From the NCBI GenBank assembly GCA_001794125.1, contig MGJF01000002.1:37751-101750 (forward strand): 64,000 nucleotides of DNA, in the 5' to 3' direction. The notes below the pieces were generated by a model. It made no database searches and was not told the origin of the DNA. It saw only the letters and a list, made by a program, of their open reading frames with translations. The stretch is from Candidatus Yanofskybacteria bacterium RIFCSPHIGHO2_01_FULL_43_32. Its GTDB lineage: Bacteria > Patescibacteriota > Minisyncoccia > 2-02-FULL-40-12 > GWA2-44-9. Below are positions 58,483 to 64,000 of this stretch, one piece after another. Made by a program: the position numbers and the translations under genes. Numbering within the stretch: the first letter of the stretch is position 1; every line of letters starts with the position of its first letter.

Positions 58483-59733
58483 GTGAGAAGAATCCCCATA
58501 CTTGTCTTTTTGTGTGGCTTATCTATCGCTTGCGACAGCAACAATGGTCCGAGCTTCAGCCCAACGGCGCCAAGCACGAGCATCAGCGTCGAGGACCCGG
58601 CAACTTTACAGACCGTAACCAAGACCGGTCCGGCAAGCGTGAAACCGCTGAACGCGCGCGAAATCTGCGGCAACCCCAACGACTGGGAGCCGGATGATGC
58701 AGCGCTTCAGACCTGCTTGGACAAGGGGGGGAATATTGATCTTGAACCGGGTTTGCCGGGGTATATCGTGAACGGCCTCAATGGAGATGTAAACCGGGGG
58801 CTTCATCTGATCCGTTCGGGAACAGCTCTCGGGTCTTCCGGAGGAGCGAACAGAGCGCGTATCATTGCGGGAAGGGACTTGTTTGCCATAATCCTTCAGA
58901 CACAGGGCAGTGTAAGCAACTTCAGCATTCGGAATATTTCCTTTGACGGCATGGTTGATGAGATGGCCGAAGACGGCCCATACCGGCGAAGGCGTGGTGA
59001 GTGCATTGACGGCAGGGCGCCGGGAAATATTTTTCTTCAAGGCAATGGTTTCCAGTTCAAGGATAACGAATCCCAGCACGCAATGTGCGGAAGCGGCCTT
59101 GGTTTGATGGGTAGCGGCTATGATGTTCAGAATAATTACGTCTCTTACAACGGGCGGGATAAGAATTCCGGAGCGCCGGGAGCGCCATGGTCAGACGGGA
59201 TGACTGTTCTTTCCTGCGAACGCGGCTATATTGCACACAACGTTCTGGTGGATAATACGGATATTGACCTGGTGCTTGGCGGCGGGCGGGGATGCATTGT
59301 GGAGTTAAATACCATCGCCCACTTCGGCAATTATGCTTTCGCCGGGCTGAGCATCGGAAATTTCTCCGGCGGCGACCACACCGGTTCGGAATTCCGTGGA
59401 AATACGGTCTATTCCGGCGTTCCGGACAGATTGTCCATGGGAATTCTTGTCGGAAGCCATCCATGGTCAACCCAGGTCTGGGTTCACAATGCCGGCAGAG
59501 TTGTCGGAAACACTTCCTACGGTAACGTGCTCAACTTGATAGTTGAAGGCGTCCGGGGAGGAGAGGTAGTCGGCAACAATATTTATAATCCCCAGGGAAG
59601 CGATAGCGGATGCGGCAAACACAGCATGAATTATGTCGTTAACCCTGCCCATGTAACGAACACGAAACTGCAGGATGGCTGGACGCCACTCCAATTCGAT
59701 GAATGGGTTTGTGTTCCGGTAGCTGGCGAATAG
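58483..59733 (+). CDS. Lipoprotein with right-handed parallel beta-helix repeats
   Basis: Lipobox-like LSIAC; Asn-ladder repeats (VQNNYVSYN, IAHNVLVDN, FRGNTV, VVGNNI); visibly GC-richer than flanks. Confidence 0.7.
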   Translation: MRRIPILVFLCGLSIACDSNNGPSFSPTAPSTSISVEDPATLQTVTKTGPASVKPLNAREICGNPNDWEPDDAALQTCLDKGGNIDLEPGLPGYIVNGLNGDVNRGLHLIRSGTALGSSGGANRARIIAGRDLFAIILQTQGSVSNFSIRNISFDGMVDEMAEDGPYRRRRGECIDGRAPGNIFLQGNGFQFKDNESQHAMCGSGLGLMGSGYDVQNNYVSYNGRDKNSGAPGAPWSDGMTVLSCERGYIAHNVLVDNTDIDLVLGGGRGCIVELNTIAHFGNYAFAGLSIGNFSGGDHTGSEFRGNTVYSGVPDRLSMGILVGSHPWSTQVWVHNAGRVVGNTSYGNVLNLIVEGVRGGEVVGNNIYNPQGSDSGCGKHSMNYVVNPAHVTNTKLQDGWTPLQFDEWVCVPVAGE

Positions 59734-59781
59734 CCAGCTTTTTAATTAGCTTTTGGAAATACTTATTGTATGTTTAAAAAC

Positions 59782-59925
59782 ATGAAAAAAATACTTTTGT
59801 TCTTAGCTATGTGAGAGACAGTTCAAGATAAGAATATTAGAATAGGAAACGAGGTTATCAAGGAAGTTATGAAATGGGCTCCGGTCTGCGGTTGGCCCAA
59901 GATTTACAGAGACATCAATTCTTGA
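59782..59925 (+). pseudogene. Possible gene remnant
   Basis: MKKILLFLAM (signal-peptide-like), TGA, then in-frame ETVQDKN...WPKIYRDINS stop. Confidence 0.3.
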
Positions 59926-59934
59926 ACTGAAACG

Positions 59935-59984
59935 AAACGTCTAAGGGCGTTTTTTAATTTGACTGTTTAACTTTTTTGTTGTAG
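59935..59984 (+). repeat. Terminator-promoter module, copy 2 of a direct repeat
   Basis: aaacgtc-taag-ggcgtttttt then aatttgactgtttaacttttttgttgtag (TTGACT-N17-TAGATT). Confidence 0.8.
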
Positions 59985-60019
59985 ATTTTGACAATCTCGA
60001 TCTTTGAAAAAGGGATACC

Positions 60020-61663
60020 ATGCCTCGTCAGTCGCCGGAAATTCAGTTCTTTTTTCAGTCGTTTTCTGCGATTGAATATCAGTCTGATACGCCCGTTCTT
60101 TGCTATGTTTTTGAAAACCAATCTGATATGATCTTGGCAAATACATTTCCTGAAGTTGAAAAAGCGCGGGAAATGCTGGACAAAGCCCGAGATCGCGGAA
60201 ATGAAACAGTTTCCATTTTTGGAGGATTGCGTGGCGACAAGATTATTCCTTTGGGGATTGTTTATATTAGACAGCCCTGGCGCCGCCGTGGACAATCTGC
60301 GTGGAATATAGACAGTATCAATTTTTACCGCGAGCTGTGGGAAAGAACAATGTTGGCGGCCAATCGTGTCCGCAGCGCCGGCTATACGGATTTTGTACTT
60401 GTTCTTCCGAGCAAGTTTCGTCCGGAAAATATCAGAAATGACCGATGCCAAGAACAGCGTCTCGGGAAGTTCATTCGCTCGGTTACAGAGGCGGTAATCT
60501 ATGCCAATCACTCGCTGGACGAACTTATTCAAGACGCTCCGCCATTGATCAAAAATGTAACGCTAACTTATTTCGGTGAAGAAGACCGCGAAGTCAATAA
60601 CTTTTTTCAGAGATCCATCGAAGAAGGCCAAGCAATCGGAGAAGAAACGGGCCGTGTTAGACAACTGACTGTTTTACCGTCAAACCTCAAGCACCCTCTT
60701 CAATTTGTGAATCGCGCAACAGGGGCAATTCCCAAGCCGAGAACTTCTAAAAGCAAGGCTTGGAGGCTGCTCAAAGGCCATCATTTCTCTTCAAGGACGA
60801 AGATTTCTTATCTCTACGGAAAAGAGGGAATTGAAAAATTCGGTTTTGGTCTTATCCATGCTGTAAGCAAGGGCAGTATGTACAATCCGATATTCCTGAA
60901 GGTCCATTATCGGCCATTGACCGACCGCCAAAAACCGGTAAAGAAAATTGTTCTTGTAGGCAAGGGGATTGTTTTTGACACAGGCGGCACTAATGCAAAA
61001 GATGATTCAAATCTTGAACGTATGAATTACGATATGGCTGGCGCCGCAATTGCGCTAAGAACCGTGAAGCTTGCGGATAAAATGGCTCTACCCGTTGAAT
61101 TGATCGCACTCGTGCCGATCGCCGAAAACGCCAACGGACCGGAAGCGGTACGGCCCAAGGATGTGGTCAAGGCCTATAACGGCAAAACAGTGGAGATTGT
61201 TAACACCGATGCGGAAGGCCGCCTTGTTTTGGCTGATGCTATTGCTTATGCCGAAAAACACCTGAAGGCTGATTGTACTATCACTATTGGGACGCTTGGC
61301 GATATGAGCGATATGGGACCTGATCTTATTAAAGTCGGGTTTGGCAACGACAAACTTCGCAAAAAGATAATTCGGGCTGAAAATATCTCGACGGAAAAAG
61401 TCATTCTTCTGCCAAGCATTGACCATTTAAACGAGGTCTACAATGAACATCTTGGCGACGTAAGCGACTTGTTAAGTTGTCCAGAATGGGATTATTTTCA
61501 TTCTGCGCCGTTTGTTTTTTTGTATAATTTCTTTAACGCAGAGAGACCGGAATGGATATTTGTTGACCCCAGTGCCTTGTTTGAAACTGATGCCGATAGC
61601 TATGGAGCAGGTCCCGGCTTTGGTGTCAAATTCATCTGGTATATTTTGAAACAGTATGTATAG
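60020..61663 (+). CDS. Leucyl aminopeptidase family (M17), divergent N-domain
   Basis: LVGKGIVFDTGG, YDMAGAA, NTDAEGRLVLAD. Confidence 0.85.
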   Translation: MPRQSPEIQFFFQSFSAIEYQSDTPVLCYVFENQSDMILANTFPEVEKAREMLDKARDRGNETVSIFGGLRGDKIIPLGIVYIRQPWRRRGQSAWNIDSINFYRELWERTMLAANRVRSAGYTDFVLVLPSKFRPENIRNDRCQEQRLGKFIRSVTEAVIYANHSLDELIQDAPPLIKNVTLTYFGEEDREVNNFFQRSIEEGQAIGEETGRVRQLTVLPSNLKHPLQFVNRATGAIPKPRTSKSKAWRLLKGHHFSSRTKISYLYGKEGIEKFGFGLIHAVSKGSMYNPIFLKVHYRPLTDRQKPVKKIVLVGKGIVFDTGGTNAKDDSNLERMNYDMAGAAIALRTVKLADKMALPVELIALVPIAENANGPEAVRPKDVVKAYNGKTVEIVNTDAEGRLVLADAIAYAEKHLKADCTITIGTLGDMSDMGPDLIKVGFGNDKLRKKIIRAENISTEKVILLPSIDHLNEVYNEHLGDVSDLLSCPEWDYFHSAPFVFLYNFFNAERPEWIFVDPSALFETDADSYGAGPGFGVKFIWYILKQYV

Positions 61664-61690
61664 CCCCTTAACTAAGGGGCCTTTTATTTT
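61663..61690 (+). terminator. Intrinsic terminator
   Basis: gcccctta-ac-taaggggc then a T-rich tail. Confidence 0.75.
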
Positions 61691-61716
61691 TAACAATAAC
61701 AAGTTAGCATAAGATA

Positions 61717-62451
61717 ATGCCACGTGTTTCCAATACTCTTAAAATTTCCAGAAGCGGGTTGAAATTATTTCTTGATTGTCCGAGATGTTTTTGGCTGGAT
61801 GTCCACCATAAGGTCAAAAGGCCTCCAGGATACCCGTTCACGCTTTCAATAGCCGTCGACTACCTTGTTAAAAAAGAATTTGATACCTATCGCGAGAAGG
61901 GGACGCTTCCTCCGGTTTTAAAAAATTATGGAATCAAAGACGCCAAGTTGTTTAATGGCGATGAACTATCCGAATGGAGGAATAATTTTAAAGGTATTTC
62001 TTATTTTGACGAAGGCCTCAATGCTTATTTGTATGGCGCCGTTGATGACATGCTTGAATTTTCGGACGGCTCTCTGGGTGTTATTGATTATAAGTCCTCC
62101 GGCGCGAAAGAAATAACCATTTATGACGATTATCAGAAACAAATGGATGTATATAATTATATTTTAAAACAAAAAGGCCATGAAACTTATCCCGAAGCGT
62201 TCTTTGTTTTTTATAAAGTGATAAAAGAAGGAGAAACCGGCTTTGGAAATGCTTTAAAATTCACGGAAGAGGTCAGACCGGTCAAAGTTAATACCGAATG
62301 GGTCGGTCCGGCTTTTGAAAATGCCGTAGAGCTTGCCCGTTCTGGCATTCCTCCTGCTTCGGGCACAGCGGGAAAGGACGGCCATTGCGACCACTGCCAC
62401 TATGTGGAACTGGCCAGCCGGCATAAAGTAATACCTGACCTGAATATTTAA
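61717..62451 (+). CDS. PD-(D/E)XK nuclease family protein (RecB/Cas4-like, standalone)
   Basis: SRSGL..CPRC, GAVDD, IDYKS, QMDVY, C-terminal CDHC. Confidence 0.85.
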   Translation: MPRVSNTLKISRSGLKLFLDCPRCFWLDVHHKVKRPPGYPFTLSIAVDYLVKKEFDTYREKGTLPPVLKNYGIKDAKLFNGDELSEWRNNFKGISYFDEGLNAYLYGAVDDMLEFSDGSLGVIDYKSSGAKEITIYDDYQKQMDVYNYILKQKGHETYPEAFFVFYKVIKEGETGFGNALKFTEEVRPVKVNTEWVGPAFENAVELARSGIPPASGTAGKDGHCDHCHYVELASRHKVIPDLNI

Positions 62452-62452
62452 A

Positions 62453-62474
62453 AAGCCCCGTGAATACGGGGCTT
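62453..62474. terminator. Probable bidirectional terminator
   Basis: aagccccgt-gaat-acggggctt between convergent genes. Confidence 0.75.
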
Positions 62475-62492
62475 ACTTACTGTCGGGGTGAT

Positions 62493-63992
62493 TTATATCT
62501 TAGCGGAAAGACCCTGAGCCATTTTGATATCAGTTCCGTAATTTATAGTGAAAGCACTCTCGTGAGAAAGATAATTGAATAGCCAGGCTGCCGATGGCAT
62601 TCCTGTTCCGGAACGGCGCATGCCGCCAAAAGGCAAATGAACTTCGGCCCCTATGCTCGGAAGATTCACATATTTAAGTCCGGCTTTTCCGCGGATCTTG
62701 AATTCACGCATTTTCCGGTAATCTTCCGTAATAAGGGCCATTGAAAGGCCATACTCCGTATCATTGGCGACAAATAATGCTTCCTCAAAATCTTTCACCG
62801 GAATTATCACTACGTTCGGAGTAAAGAATTCCTGACGGAGAGTAAATGTATTGGGGCGGTATTTCATTCTAAATACATTCGGTTCAGCAAAAAAACCTAC
62901 TCTGTGGGCATATCCCAGCTTAAGCGCTTCAGCTTCTGACAGAATCTCTGAACCATTTGAAAGGTGCTTATTCATCGCCCTTTCATTGATAAGCGGACCG
63001 GCAAAAACGTCAGGGTCGAATGGATTACCGAATTTGACCCGGGCGGTCATTTCCAGGAACTGTTTCGTAAATTCCGGTTCTACGGATTCCTCGACAATAA
63101 TAAGGTCTGCAGAAACACATCTTTGGTGAGTTGTCTTGAATGCCGAAAATACTGCTGCCCGAACGGCAAGTTCCATGTTGGCGTCTTTAAGAACAATGAG
63201 AGAATTCTTGCCCCCCATTTCACAAACAGAAAATTTCTCATGATGAGACGCGGCAATTTGCTTAACCTTAGAACCCACGGCATATGAGCCGGTGAACAAT
63301 TGGCCGACTGTGCCTTCGTGGCGGACAAGATATTCACCGACATCTCCCCGGCCGTGAACTAAATTAAGCACTCCTTTAGGAACGTTATGCTTCCTGGCAG
63401 CTCTGTCAAAAAGTTCCACCAAGACCTGCCCTGAAAAAGGAGTTTCTTCGGACGGTTTGAAAATTACCGGACAACCGGAAACAAGCGCCGGTCCGATAAG
63501 CCATGTTGGGATGGCAAAAGGGAAATTCCATGGCGTGATAACAGTACAAACACCGCGCGGACTAAGGTGGGTTTCAGCGTCTTTTTCCGGAATTTCAGAC
63601 GATATTTTGTAACCAATCGGATGTCTGCCTCGTGAGGCGCAGTATTGAAGCATGTGGATGCCTTCAACAACATCAGCCACAGCTTCATTGATATGTTTTC
63701 CGGACTCAAGAGTTATTAAGCGGGCTATATTTTCGATCTCAGATTTTATCAGCTGAACTAAGTCATCAATAACTTCGGCGCGTTTTACCCATGACCACCT
63801 GCTCGGGTCGCCCCATTCCTTGAAAGCTTCATTGGCCGAATCTACAGCGCTATTTACCTCTTCTTTCGTAGTTGCCGGAAAATAACCGATAACATCGCCG
63901 GTGGCCGGATTAACATTAGCCAAGCTATGCAAATCATGATGGCCCCACTCGCCCGCAATAAAATTATTGCCGCATTTTTCGATTTTTTTCAC
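62493..63992 (-). CDS. Aldehyde dehydrogenase family protein
   Basis: ITPWNFP, KPSE, FTGS, EMGGKN, catalytic Cys in QRC, PFGG. Confidence 0.92.
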   Translation of the reverse strand: MKKIEKCGNNFIAGEWGHHDLHSLANVNPATGDVIGYFPATTKEEVNSAVDSANEAFKEWGDPSRWSWVKRAEVIDDLVQLIKSEIENIARLITLESGKHINEAVADVVEGIHMLQYCASRGRHPIGYKISSEIPEKDAETHLSPRGVCTVITPWNFPFAIPTWLIGPALVSGCPVIFKPSEETPFSGQVLVELFDRAARKHNVPKGVLNLVHGRGDVGEYLVRHEGTVGQLFTGSYAVGSKVKQIAASHHEKFSVCEMGGKNSLIVLKDANMELAVRAAVFSAFKTTHQRCVSADLIIVEESVEPEFTKQFLEMTARVKFGNPFDPDVFAGPLINERAMNKHLSNGSEILSEAEALKLGYAHRVGFFAEPNVFRMKYRPNTFTLRQEFFTPNVVIIPVKDFEEALFVANDTEYGLSMALITEDYRKMREFKIRGKAGLKYVNLPSIGAEVHLPFGGMRRSGTGMPSAAWLFNYLSHESAFTINYGTDIKMAQGLSAKI

Positions 63993-64000
63993 TTTTTCTC

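Noticed and set aside
59812-59814. In-frame TGA as evidence for genetic code 25 or selenocysteine
   Set aside because: TGA terminates many intact genes here (e.g. 1263, 3780, 5576) and long ORFs contain no internal TGA
61717-62451. Cas4-like nuclease suggesting a CRISPR-Cas locus
   Set aside because: No repeat-spacer array or other cas genes in the window; standalone PD-(D/E)XK genes are common

Overview
64 kb of a low-GC bacterial genome read with genetic code 11 (TGA ends many genes). It is most likely Patescibacteria/CPR (Parcubacteria-like), inferred from compact hpf/secA/gpmI, GYAWGEN- and NVGIGT-repeat surface proteins and many apparently leaderless genes. About 1-43 kb is a very large surface-glycan locus. 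Its first half (2.3-21.5 kb) is a string of one- or two-gene units, each with its own sigma70-like promoter and nearly always an intrinsic terminator. These encode two split transketolase pairs, an E1 alpha/beta pair, two SDRs, methyltransferases, ColD/Gmd/Fcl-like enzymes, an AKR and two radical SAM enzymes. Its second half (21.6-39.9 kb) is a tightly coupled operon headed by a pyruvate kinase-ATP sulfurylase-APS kinase triple fusion, followed by a sulfotransferase, NeuA/B/C-type genes, a formyltransferase, GT11/GT2/GT-C transferases and a flippase. The rest holds pdaD, a WbaP-type initiator, an orphan PurD-like ligase, hpf, a stop-interrupted DUF218 gene and a promoter-driven ~213-nt long-hairpin RNA candidate. 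It continues with secA carrying in-frame palindromic inserts, a cytidylyltransferase-diadenylate cyclase fusion, gpmI, a fibre-like adhesin cluster, a beta-helix lipoprotein bracketed by a duplicated terminator-promoter module, an M17 peptidase, a PD-(D/E)XK nuclease and an ALDH. No CRISPR array, tRNA, rRNA, integrase or transposase was seen. All calls come from reading motifs by eye; no database searches or folding programs were run.
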